DNA from: Camelus ferus
Taxonomy: Eukaryota
Direction of reading: 5' to 3'
Assembly: GCF_009834535.1 (NCBI RefSeq)
Contig: NC_045717.1
Location: 7,006,001-7,070,000, forward strand
DNA: 64,000 nucleotides
Within the stretch, counting starts at the first letter, position 1. Each line of letters starts with the position of its first letter. The notes under the pieces were generated by a model, which worked only from the letters and a program-made list of their open reading frames with translations, was not told the origin of the DNA and ran no database searches. The translations under genes and the position numbers were made by a program. Shown in pieces: positions 49,400 through 59,857 of the stretch.

Positions 49400-49935
49400 A
49401 GGGTCATTGTGGCCTCAGCCCCAGGCTGGAGTCCGCTCATCCTTCTCCACACAGTAGCCAGAGCAGTCCCTTTAAAGTATAAGGCGCATCACATGTGGCT
49501 CCCCATCTCACTCCAAATAAAAGTTCAAGTTGTGGTGTGGCCCCCTCCAAAACTCTGCCTCGCTGCCCCATTCATTATGTAACAGCCCCACTGGTCCCTC
49601 CTTGTTCTGTGACAGACCTCCAGGCCTTAGCACTCTCTATTCCCTCTGCCTGGAATGCTCTTCCCTTCAGTGTTTCCCTGAATCCTCCTCCAGAGGCCCT
49701 CCCTGACCACTCTACCTAAAACAGCAGCCCCATCACCTCTATCCCCTCACTCTTTGTGATTTTTCCTCATGATTTACCACTATCTGACATTGTATTTTAT
49801 AATGTATCTTCTCCAATGAAATGTGAGCTCCATGAGGGCAGGGGCTCTGCTGAGTTCACTGGGGTATCTCCAGGCCCTGGAACAGCATCTGGCACAAAGT
49901 AAACAATACACCTTTATTGCTTGAATGAATGAATA
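49400..49935 (+). mobile_element. L2 3' fragment
   Basis: TGCCTGGAATGCTCTTCCC...AGAGGCCCTCCCTGACCAC...GAGCTCCATGAGGGCAGGGG...CTGGCACAAAGTA...TGAATGAATGAAT. Confidence 0.8.
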
Positions 49936-51197
49936 ATTGAATTCTGGTGCCATGATTTTCTAGCTTGGATGGCTTTGGGCAGGTCATTTCACTTCTCTGA
50001 AACTTCCAATGCAAACCGTAATACATGTTCTTCTCATAAGGTTATTGTTTAAATTAAATAATAGAGGGTGAAGAGAACTGACACATAATAGGTGCTCAAT
50101 AAATGACAGCCACTCTCATGATTATTATCACCAAGGGTCTCGGACTCTGTCACCTGCTCACTGAGGCCTTGGGCCCGTCGGTGAGCTCTCTGAGCCTCGG
50201 TCTGTTCATCTGCTGCACGTGGAAGTTAGGAGCATCTCTGCCCCACACACAGGACGTCTGCTGGATGCCTGGGTGGTGGACATGAGCACCTAGCAGGGGG
50301 TCTGACACCCTGTAGGCACTCACCAAGCGGTAGCCACTGTAGTCCTGGCGAGTCTAGGATTTGGATACCAGCCCCACCACTTATCCTGTGACCGTGGGGA
50401 GGCAGCTAAACTTTTCTGAGTCTCCTCGTCCATAAAATGAGGATAATGGTAATACCTTCCTCCGAAGTTACCCAGAGGTCACAGTGAGACTGTGCCCCTG
50501 AAGGGGCTTCACAGAGCCCTAAGGATATGTGCTGCGACAGGCAGAAGGGCAGACCACAGACGGGCAGGACAGGGCCCAGGGATGAAGGACAGAACCCAGA
50601 GCTGTGCTTGGCCTGAGCCCCGAGGCAGGTCTCAGACGGAGAACACACCTCGGAAGAAGCCAAGCCCCCTCCCTGCCCAGGAGCCCTCTGCAGAGAAGGA
50701 GGCCCTGCCCCTGCCCTCTCTCCTCCTTAGCGCCTCATTGGGGAACCTCAAGAAAGGCCATTCTCGGCAGGGGCCCTTTTCAAGGGAGGCAGGTGCCCTT
50801 TTCAAGGGAGGCAGGTGATGGCAGGAGGACCCTAGAAGAGGCAACTTCAGTCAGCCTCCTGCCTCAGTCAACCTCCTGTCCAATCTACTTTCCACCTCAA
50901 GACTAACCTAGCCTCTCCCCACCTCCTGGGAAAAAGGGAAAAAAAGCCCTAGAAGAGAAGGCCTGGAAGTTCACGAGCCAGACACTCTCTTAGTGCTCCA
51001 GCCCATGAAAGTCTGAGGAGAGAAACATCAGGCCCCTTTCTGACCTGGGCCCTCTGACCCCTCCGCCGAGAATTCCGAAGAAGGAGGGTGGGGACCACCA
51101 CTGCCTTGTTCAGCCTCTGTCCGGCAAAACCTAGGTGTGGACTCCACAAATGACTCAATCAGCAGTCCCTAAACTGCAAACTCCACAAGGCATGACC

Positions 51198-51222
51198 TTT
51201 TTTTTTTTTTTTTTTTTTTTTT
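51198..51222. repeat. T25 homopolymer (A25 on the FGF18 sense strand)
   Basis: Counted directly. Confidence 0.95.
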
Positions 51223-51224
51223 GG

Positions 51225-51662
51225 TCTATTTTGTTCTTTGATAAAGTCTCAGTACCTAAAAGAGTGCCCGGCACTTAGCAAGTGCTTGATAAATATATGT
51301 TGAATAAGTGATTCCATTAATACATCAATGAATGAAGCAATGAATCATTGCCATCAAGAGAACTGCTCTAAGTGAAGTTCCCTGCGGGCTGGGATTGGTT
51401 TTCCCTTTGTTTGATAAATCCCCAGTGCCTCGAATAGAGCCTTGGCACAGAGGAGGTGCCAAGTAAACGGGTGTGACAGCACACGTGAACGGAGGACTGA
51501 GTCAACCATCGAATCAATGACTCATTAGAATTTAATCTTTCTGGAGGTAAGGGTTTCCACCTGCTTTGTTTAAGGCTGCATTCTCAGTGCCTAGAGCAGT
51601 GCCTGGTGCATAGCCGGTGTCGAAGGAATGAATGAATGAATGAATGAGGAATGAATGAATGA
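51225..51662 (+). mobile_element. Three head-to-tail L2 3'-terminal remnants with a (GAAT)n tail
   Basis: Three copies of the (C)AGT(A/G)CCT...GTGCC(C/T)GGCAC-type motif (~51250, ~51420, ~51585), followed by GAATGAATGAATG. Confidence 0.6.
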
Positions 51663-51738
51663 GCAAGGCCCCCCCCAGCTCTCAGTGTGAGGACCTCAGA
51701 CCAAGAAGAATGAAACACAAAGGGCGTCTGAGCCCTGC

Positions 51739-51951
51739 NNNNNNNNNNNNNNNNNNNNNNNNNNNNNNNNNNNNNNNNNNNNNNNNNNNNNNNNNNNNNN
51801 NNNNNNNNNNNNNNNNNNNNNNNNNNNNNNNNNNNNNNNNNNNNNNNNNNNNNNNNNNNNNNNNNNNNNNNNNNNNNNNNNNNNNNNNNNNNNNNNNNNN
51901 NNNNNNNNNNNNNNNNNNNNNNNNNNNNNNNNNNNNNNNNNNNNNNNNNNN
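51739..51951. other. Assembly gap (213 N) at the probable FGF18 3' end
   Basis: N run. Confidence 1.
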
Positions 51952-52580
51952 ATCCTCCAGAACTGTGAGCAATGCAGGGTCACCATGATTGGACGAGGCC
52001 GTCTGTCGTCGGGGGTCGAGGCGCCGAGAATTCCGGGGGGCACACCTTCCCTGCGCGGTGTCTCGGGGCAGCTTGCAGCGGACAATAAATAAATGACTGC
52101 AAACCAGAGAGCGATTTTTGTTGGAGTTTGGGGCAGGGGCAGGGGACTGGGGAAGAGGGGGAGTTTGCTGGGGGAGNNNNNNNNNNNNNNNNNNNNNNNN
52201 NNNNNNNNNNNNNNNNNNNNNNNNNNNNNNNNNNNNNNNNNNNNNNNNNNNNNNNNNNNNNNNNNNNNNNNNNNNNNNNNNNNNNNNNNNNNNNNNNNNN
52301 NNNNNNNNNNNNNNNNNNNNNNNNNNNNNNNNNNNNNCTGTGCGTTGACAACGGTCCCTTGTGTGAGTCTTTTGTCGTAGGGGGTTTCAAGTCGACAGTA
52401 AAATCCTTATCGCTCCCCCTCCCCCAGGAATTTTGGTTCAGTTTTTGTCTTCTTTTAAACACAATGTACAAAAATAGAAATTCTTCCTTATTTTTCATGT
52501 AAAAATATTCCTCTGATTGCAGTTCTCTGTGAGTGTGAGTGTGGGCTGGGACAGCCCGGTGGGGCCACGGCGGGGCCAGC
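51952..52580 (-). other. FGF18: FGF18 3'UTR (partial, interrupted by the N gap at 52177-52337; 3' end probably inside the gap at 51739-51951)
   Basis: Follows the stop codon; repeat-free with U/A-rich and CpG-rich blocks. No minus-strand AATAAA (plus TTTATT) seen in the sequenced part, and L2 remnants begin just beyond the second gap. Confidence 0.8.
52177..52337. other. Assembly gap (161 N) within the FGF18 3'UTR
   Basis: N run. Confidence 1.
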
Positions 52581-52847
52581 CTAGCCGGGGTGCGTGGGGC
52601 GGATCCGCCGGGACCGCTTGGTCACCGTGGTGTACTTGAAGGGCTTCTGCAGCTCTGCCTGCCCCTTGGGGTAGCGCTTCATGAAGTGCACATCTTGCTG
52701 GTTCTCCCGGGTCTTGGGGCCCTTCCGCGGCCGCCCCTTTTTGGTGAAGCCCACATACCAGCCAGAGTACTTGGCCGACATCAGGGCTGTGTAGTTATTC
52801 TCCAGGACCTTCTCGATGAACACACACTCTTTGCTGGTGCCATCAGG
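52581..52847 (-). CDS. FGF18: Fibroblast growth factor 18, last coding exon (88 aa + TAG)
   Basis: Translates to [88 protein letters not shown], the FGF8/17/18-subfamily core with the FGF18-specific C-terminus. Strong acceptor (minus strand CCCCCTTCTCTCTCTTCCCACAG|CCT, AG at 52848-52849). Stop at 52581-52583. Length 267 nt, phase 0. Confidence 0.98.
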   Translation of the reverse strand, partial: PDGTSKECVFIEKVLENNYTALMSAKYSGWYVGFTKKGRPRKGPKTRENQQDVHFMKRYPKGQAELQKPFKYTTVTKRSRRIRPTHPG

Positions 52848-53119
52848 CTGTGGGAAGAGAGAGAAGGGGGGAGGGTGAGAAGGGAGAGGGCAGGTGCAAG
52901 GGGACAGAGCTACACAGAGAGGGTATGAGCAGGTGGCGAGGGCTTGGGGTAGCAGAGTAGAGAGGGCCTGACCCAAGCTTTGGCCTCAGTAATTTCACTC
53001 CCTAGATCTGTGGAGGGCACCTGCGGTATTGGCCCCTGCATCCTTCCCTACTCACCAGTTAGCTAGCAGACTCCTATTACCATTCAGGGATCCATCTCTT
53101 CTCCACTCTCCACCCTTCT

Positions 53120-53530
53120 ACCTCAGCTCTACTAGAACAACAGACCTAGACCTGACCAATCAGAACACTATTTCCCATGACGGGTGGCCTGAGCCATCCA
53201 ATCAGTGTTCCTCGAGACCCTTGCATAAGTAATGCCCAAACACATAGGCCGATTTAAACTTGGGGAACATGTAAGGCTGAAGCGAAGGCAGCCATTGTAC
53301 CACCAGGAGGGGAAATTCTGTCTGACAGCAAAGCCAACATGGAGGAAGCAAAGCCAAGAGGAAGAGAATGAGAGAAACCAAGTCCTCATCACTTCTTTTA
53401 GCTTCTGGACCAAGCCGCACCTGAAGCTCAAGTTACCTCATTGTTACATGGGCCAATAATACCTCATTTCCTTTAAGACAGTTTAGACTGTGTTCTGTCA
53501 CTTTTAACAGAAAGGAGTCCCAACTTATGT
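53120..53530 (+). mobile_element. MaLR LTR, MLT1-like, in the FGF18 final intron
   Basis: GACCAATCAGAAC...GGCAGCCATTG...AAAGCCAACATGGAGGAAGC...CTGGACCAAGCCGCACCTGAAGC...TTCTGTCACTTTTAACAGAAAG. Confidence 0.72.
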
Positions 53531-54669
53531 GCACTAAACCTGACATGAAGTCAACTACTCAGCTGCCACTCAACTCCACTGTTATGTAGTTAAACATAAA
53601 CTACATTTAATGTGGGATGTGGTACATTTTAATGTTTGATGCAAAGAGGAACGGAAGCCTCTAAAAATAAGAGTTTTAGCGTGGCCTAACTCCAAAGCCT
53701 GTACCCATGGTTCTGAAATTTCAGGGTCTGAGGTGAATTCCCTGGGAGACAATGCCGGGCAAGGAGCACTAGATTCAGAGTCAGAAGTGAATCAGCTCTA
53801 ACACTTCCTTATGTGACCTCAGGCTAGTTAATTCCACCCTCTAAACCTCTGATTCCTCTCCTGGACCAAGCAGTGGCAACAACTCCTGCGTCAGAGAGAT
53901 GTTATGAGGAATGACGCTTTTAAATAAGCCTGGCACACAGTAGGAACTTGCTAAATTATTTCTGAAGAGCAGGTGGTTCGGATGGTCTGGCCTCCCTCCC
54001 TGGATCTGATCTAGACAAAAGGTGGTGGGAAGCAGGCTTTGAATCTCCTCCTTGAGAAAGCCGGATTGCTCGATGTGGAAGAGTGGGAAACATACAAAGT
54101 TGGAAGGCCTGAATTAGCAGCACTCGAGTTTCCAACTAACATCTCCAGATTTAGGCCGGGCCCACTCCTCGTTACGGACGGATGCCCAGCCAAGTTGGAA
54201 GCCCAGCGGTCTGGCTGTGCGTGGAGACTGAGGTGCGAGTTCCAGCCTTTTGTTTGAAGTGGAAAACGGGCTGGAGCTTCCAGGAACGTTCACCTTTGAG
54301 CGGAGGGCAAGCTTGAGCCCTGCAGACAAAGTGCTGAACTTTGCAGAAAGGGACAGGCAGGGTAAGAAAACATTGCCTGGACGAGAGATCTTTCGAGGAG
54401 GCTGCAGAGTGGGCAGGGGGCCTGGAAGACACACCAGGACCCAGACGACATTATGGGCTGGGTGAGCAGTGAGGAACTACAGTGAGGGAAGCCAGGGCAT
54501 ATGTGCAAGGGGGACAGAAAGGAGTGGTCTCTGGGCACTGGGCCCCCCATGGATAATTCTGGAAGCTGCCTATCCAACCTGAGTCCAGGTCCCTTGGCTG
54601 ATCTCAGTGGAACAGTCAGACCAAACTGAAAAAAGGCTACACCATGGCTGGTTCCCCACCCTAGAATGT

Positions 54670-55010
54670 CTGCTTGGAAAACTGCTTTCAACCTTCAAGC
54701 TCAGTTCACTAACCACCTCCTCTGGGAAGCCTTCCCTGACTGCCATCTAGCTTCCTGTGTACTTCCTTCTCTTCTTTTAAGACTCCATTCAGGCATCAGA
54801 TTTTATTGGATTCACATAGCTCCATCTTCTGAACACCCTCAACACCCATGCCTCCTCCCACCCCCCACAGAGTATTCTGTATCTGCCTGCCTGCCTCATC
54901 AGTCCAAGAGATTCATGAGGTCGGGGCTGCCTCTCAGTTGCTCTCATGGCTCAGCCCAGGTCTTAGCCCAAGACAAGGATGCCCACAGCACCTGTTGTTG
55001 TATGGATGAG
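54670..55010 (+). mobile_element. L2 3' fragment in the FGF18 final intron
   Basis: CACCTCCTCTGGGAAGCCTTCCCTGACT...AGATTCATGAGGTCGGGG. Confidence 0.68.
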
Positions 55011-55999
55011 GGTTCAGCTGGGATAGACATGGTGGGCGTGACATATGAATGAATTTGCCTCCGAAAGAAAACAGACTTCACCTCCTGGAGCCCTTACTAA
55101 TGCCCCAGAGACAGCCGTGAGCTGTGAGGGGCCCCACCTGGGGGGTGTGCTGAGAAGGGGACAGAGTGAGCAGAGGGATGCAGCTCTCTGCCTGTCTGTC
55201 TTGGTCTCCTTACTCATCTGTTCACTCATTCATTCAGAATTTACTGATTGCCAACTACAGGCCAGACACTTTCACATCCGTTATTTCATTTAATCCTCTT
55301 AAATTGCTGATCTAGACTCAAGCTGGTAGAAGAAAGCAGCTCAAAGAGGCAGAAATGGCTTGCCCAAGGTCATGGACTTGTTAAGTGGGAGAGCCAGGAT
55401 CTGAACCTGCATTTGCCCCTGCAGCTCACTCCTCTGCTGTCTCGTTGCAGGCAGGCCCAAGAGGAGAAAGGGTGTGGGAGAGTGGGTGCTGCCCACCGAC
55501 ACCCCTCACCTCCCCCAGGCCCACAGAGCCACCGTCAGCATGAAGCAAGGACTTGGAGGTTCAAGGACCAGCATAGTGCCTGGCACACGAGCTCGTATAT
55601 GTCTGGGTTGAGGGGCTGGGCTTTGGCCTGAAGTTTCCAACACCCCAGAGGTCAGGAGAGAAGCCATGGTGCCTAAGGTGGTTACAAGTTCCCCACCATG
55701 AACTCAGACCCAGTGGATAAGAAGTTAATGGTAGGCTGCCCCTGGGGCTTGACCCTTGCCTCTGCTCCTGACTGTCTCTATGCGGGCTCATGGCTCACAA
55801 AGATTTAAAAAACACATGTGCTCGGGCCTCACCCCCCAAATGCTGACTCAATTGGTTCAGGCAAGGCAGATCATCAATATTTAGAGAGTAAGTGAATAGG
55901 CCATCCCAGAACCTTGGTGATTTAGTAGAATTTGATCATCTCTCCCCATCTCCCACCTCCAACCTCCTTCTTTCCAAACTGGAGTCCTGTTCCTTCTAT

Positions 56000-56172
56000 T
56001 TGATCTGAAGACTGAATCCTGATGACATCATTTGGCACCTAGATCCAGTCTTACTTGAAACAGAACTACCCCCTGGACGTTTTTAGTTACATAGGCAAAA
56101 AATTCTTCTTTCGCTTAAAGGCATTTTGAATTGGGTTTCAGTCACTTACAACCAAAGCGGTCTTCACAACAA
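56000..56172 (+). mobile_element. MLT1-like LTR 3' fragment
   Basis: CCTGATGACATCATTTG...CCTAGATCCAG...TTGGGTTTCAGTCACTTACAACCAAAG. Confidence 0.62.
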
Positions 56173-57059
56173 TGTAGTGGTGGGCAGGGTGTCCCCTGCC
56201 CTGAAAGTCTGGGGCCCTATGTTGCCCCAGTGAGGACACACCAGTGATCACATAGGAGGGACCCGATAAGAAAAATCCTTCTGGGCTGAATCTCCAGAGA
56301 TGGGGAAAAACTGCCTAGTACATGGTGCTCGATATTCAACACCTATTTATGGAATGAAAGGAAGTATTTCCTTCTGGACCAGATGGATGTGGGGTCCAGA
56401 GAGGCGTCAAGGAGAAAAGGGGTCATGTGTCTCTCAGGGGCTCTGGAGAAGAGCTCTGGCATAGGATTGGTACCGTGCATCAGAGGAAGTAGCCCAGCCA
56501 AGGGTCTGGAGCATCAGAAGAGGCTCTGTTAGGGGCTCAATGACGTGTCCAGCTGTGGCCAGATGTGTAGACAACTGACACGCAGGGTCCAGGCCAGCCA
56601 AGAAAGCTGTCCTGTTGAGCCACTCCAAAGGGGCCAGAGCCTGAGCTGAGGTTCAGGGTTCCCACAGGTGAAGAACCTGGCTTCAAAGGGGAGGGCAACT
56701 GATGTTTAACAATTAAGTGCCTACTAAGTGCCAGCATTATCTTCCCATTTTACAGGCCAGGACACTGAGGCTCAGTGAGGTCAGGGCACTTTGAGTCCGG
56801 GGCCTGACATGGCTAATCCTGGCTGTAGGTTAAGAGTCAATCCTCAGAAAGCAAGCATCACATTTCTATTTCTTTGGTGTCCCTGTGGCTCTTTAAGCAG
56901 GTACAAGAAGCATGATGGATGGATCCAGCATGGGCCCTCAGGGATCTCCCAGTCTATTGGCAGACGCAGGCAGGAAGACAGACAGTGACAACCCAAGTTA
57001 GCAGACAGGAAAGAGAGGGCTGTGTGAGGGGCTGTGGACTCCAGGGTGGGCCAGCCCGA

Positions 57060-57500
57060 CTGGGCAGTCAGTGAAGCTAGAGGCTGTGGAAGGATGAATC
57101 AGGACTAGGGGTGGATGGATGAGGGAAGGGCAGCCCTGGCAGAGGATGCAGTATGCACAAAGCCTGAAGACCCCATCGGGGGGTAGAGCTTGGCAGCGCC
57201 CTGTGTCTGCGACATAAGGAACAAGAGGGCAAGGAGGTTCTCCCCAGGGAATGTGGCCTTTCTTGGGTAGGTGGTGAGGACCCAGGGACTGGCCGTGAGC
57301 TGGATTGAAGGTGGAGGGCAGGGGAGACCTGATCCCTTTTGTGCTTTAGAAAGCTGAGGCTGGACTTTCTAAAGGAGAAGGGCCTGGAGATGGAGCCTGA
57401 GGAGCTGAGGAACAATTCCTGAGAAGGTAGGAGGCCAGAACAGAGGCAGGAGTTAGGGAAGGAGAGGCACGCACCAGCTATCAAGGAGAGGTAATCCCAG
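57060..57500 (-). mobile_element. L2 fragment (antisense) in the FGF18 final intron
   Basis: GGGAAGGGCAGCCCTGGCAGAGG...AGCATGCACAAAG-like core...GACCTGATCCCTTTTGTGCTTTAGAAAGCT...GGCTGG. Confidence 0.55.
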
Positions 57501-57699
57501 GGTGGGGGCCTGACTGGCTGGGGAGCCTGTGACAGAATAGCAACCCAGAGGCCTGGGGCTTCCAGCTGTAGGAGCCAGAAAGAGTGAGGGGCGCTGGGCT
57601 AGGCAGAGGCCAACAGGGGGACCTGCCCGGGGCAAAGTCGGGACAGGTGGACTTAAGGGTCGAGGGACGCCCTTGGAGCCTCCCAGGCCAGCCTGGAAG

Positions 57700-58370
57700 A
57701 CAGGAAGGGGATGATGGGGGGGGGGGGGGGCGGAGCTGCAGCCAGGGGGGCGGGAAGGAGGGGGAGAGAGGGGAGGGGGCGGAGGGCGGGCCTCCCTGGG
57801 CTGCGCCGAGCCTCGCCGCCAGCTGAACCGTCCCCAATATTAATGACGGGAGAGAGGGCGAGGGGGCAGGAAATCGGAGCCGGCTCCTGTGGAAGCGGTG
57901 ACTCAGCGGCCAGCCGGCGGGCGGGCGGAGGGCGGCCGGGCGGCGGGGAGCGGCCCGAGGGGACGGGGCTGTTCTTTTGACCCCAGGACGGCCCTCCTGG
58001 GGTCAAGATGCCGGGAACCGCGCAGACGGGGAGGGAGGGGCGCGCGGGCACTGGGCACGGCGGGCTGCCGCGCGCCCCCTCCTTTAAACAGAAAAAAAAG
58101 AAAAGAAAGAAGAAAGCCGAGCCCACGACTGCAGGCAGGTTGGGCCTGGGAGGCGGCCCAGGCGGGCAGGAGAACAAAGCGCCTGGCGCGGGGCTGGCCG
58201 CGCTGCCCCCGAGACGCGCGGCCAGGCCAGGGGACCCGGCGCCCGGCCCGCGCGCCGCCCCTGCCCCAGACCCCCTCGCAGGCCGGCCGGCCGGCCTCGG
58301 GACGCGGAAAGTGAATCACTAATTAAAACCACTCCTCGGCATCCCGGGGCCGCGCTACGCGGATTACTAT
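57700..58370. promoter_or_regulatory. Intragenic CpG island in the FGF18 final intron
   Basis: Very GC-rich with dense CpG (e.g. ggccagccggcgggcgggcggagggcggccgggcggcgggg), multiple GGGCGG boxes, a G15 run at 57716-57730, and no repeat signature. Confidence 0.88.
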
Positions 58371-58399
58371 TATTTTGCTCTTTGAGGAGCTTCAGTTGG

Positions 58400-58630
58400 C
58401 GTGGGCAGTGCGGCTGGAATCTTTGCCTTCCAAGCCAGGCTTTGAAGCCCGCCTAGCGCTAGTGTGGGACCTGGGACAAGTGCCGGGAAGCGGCCAACCC
58501 TCAGCTTTCTCATCTGTGAAATGGGGATGGTGGAGGTACCAACCTCATCGGATTGTTTGGGAGCATTTTTGCTTAGTACTGGGTAGGAAGTAGGTACTCA
58601 ATTAACGGAGGCTCTTGGTATTGTTGCTAT
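58400..58630 (+). mobile_element. MIR bordering the CpG island
   Basis: GTGTGGGACCTGGGACAAGT...CTCAGCTTTCTCATCTGTGAAATGGGGATG...TAGGTACTCAATTAA. Confidence 0.75.
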
Positions 58631-59560
58631 TAACAATAAGCCACAATACCCTGGCTCAGGTCCCTGGCCTGTAATACTCTTTCCAGGCACTTGGGTATGT
58701 GGAAGGGGTAGAGGGATAAGAGTTGGGGGATTTAGAAAACCAAAATCTTGGCTTAAACTGGAATCGAGGTCATGCTTCCTTCCCCCACAATAAAGCGTAA
58801 TAAATGCAAATCGTCACCTAGGACCTTGCCCCCAAGCAGGAGAAGCCATCACCCTGGAATCTGGGTCTGCCCTCCACCCCCTACACCACCTGTCCAGCAG
58901 AAGCCACCTCCCCATTATGCAAGTTGGATAGGGTGTGAGTACAGTCCCTACCGAGAGAAAGGACCATGGAGCGTGACTTCACCATAGAGCTACTGGCAGT
59001 AACATCTTCCACTGGAACATCCAAAGGAAGCAAGAATGTGAACGTCACAAACAAGGATACCCAAGAAAAAAGGGGGGCAGCATCAAAAAGCAGTATCAGT
59101 GGAGGCTCAGACCCCCCCGCATATGGGTCCACCCCGGCCACACCCCACCCCTGCCACACCCCACCCCTGCCCTAATTTGTTACATGCAGCTCTCTTGCCT
59201 TTTCCAAAGTAATAAAATCTTCCTGAAATGCTAGATTCATGAGGCCCAGCACTGCCAAGGTGGCTGGGTTCTGGAGGCGCTGCTGCGAGGCCTTGTAAAC
59301 CCCTGGTGATTGTTAAAACAATGCTACAGCCCCAGCCCTTGGCCTTTTGGTTCCCTGATCCCAGACATCAGGCAGGGAGCCCCAGAACCCCTCAAGGATC
59401 CTCCCACTACTGAATAAGCCAGGGCTCCACATCCTCCAAGAGAGATCAGGGTCCTGCGTGCTCCCCAAAGTCACACCCATGGATACCTGGGCCTGGCTGG
59501 CAGTAGGTGCTGGGGCAGAGATGAAGTGAGGGTAGTGAAAGAAAGAGAGCATAGTGGGAA

Positions 59561-59561
<1 letters not shown>

Positions 59562-59603
<42 letters not shown>
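59562..59603. repeat. (CA)21 microsatellite in the FGF18 final intron
   Basis: Counted directly; perfect repeat. Confidence 0.97.
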
Positions 59604-59609
<6 letters not shown>

Positions 59610-59750
59610 GTGTCCCGGGCCCCACACACTCATGGGGACTGTTTTCCATTTGAGGATAACGGGGCCCGGGACACATGGTTCCAGCTGCCCAGAGCTGTGT
59701 GTGCAGGTGGTGGGGAGGAGGGGGCACCCAAGTTCCAGACCATCACTCAC

Positions 59751-59857
59751 CTTCCCCACGAGCTTGCCTTTCCGGTTCATACACAGGTAGAACTCCGTCT
59801 CCTTGCCCTTGATCCGGACTTGACTACCGAAGGTATCTGTCTCCACTAGGAGCTGGG
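59751..59857 (-). CDS. FGF18: Fibroblast growth factor 18, penultimate coding exon (107 nt)
   Basis: Encodes (A)[35 protein letters not shown]. Acceptor TTTCGAAG|CC (AG at 59858-59859), donor AAG|GTGAGT (59745-59750). Starts in phase 1 and ends in phase 0, joining in frame to PDG of the last exon (LVGK|PDG). Confidence 0.97.

Larger units (their letters stand above)
52848..59750 (-). other. FGF18: FGF18 final intron (6903 bp, GT-AG)
   Basis: Lies between the two exons above; canonical GT and AG ends read directly. Confidence 0.95.

Noticed and set aside
52338-52420. Possible lineage-specific gain or loss of miRNA seed sites in the 3'UTR
   Set aside because: Needs an exact ortholog alignment that I cannot run; recall alone is not enough to support a claim.
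52848-52976. N-terminal extension MGQALS...FSLFPQ on the last-exon ORF
   Set aside because: This is the translated polypyrimidine tract upstream of a strong acceptor, not coding sequence.
57653-58332. Several 80-174 aa ORFs in the CpG island, one with a KQKKKKRKKK run resembling an NLS
   Set aside because: Open frames occur on both strands because of GC content; the Lys run comes from an A-rich tract. No coding evidence.
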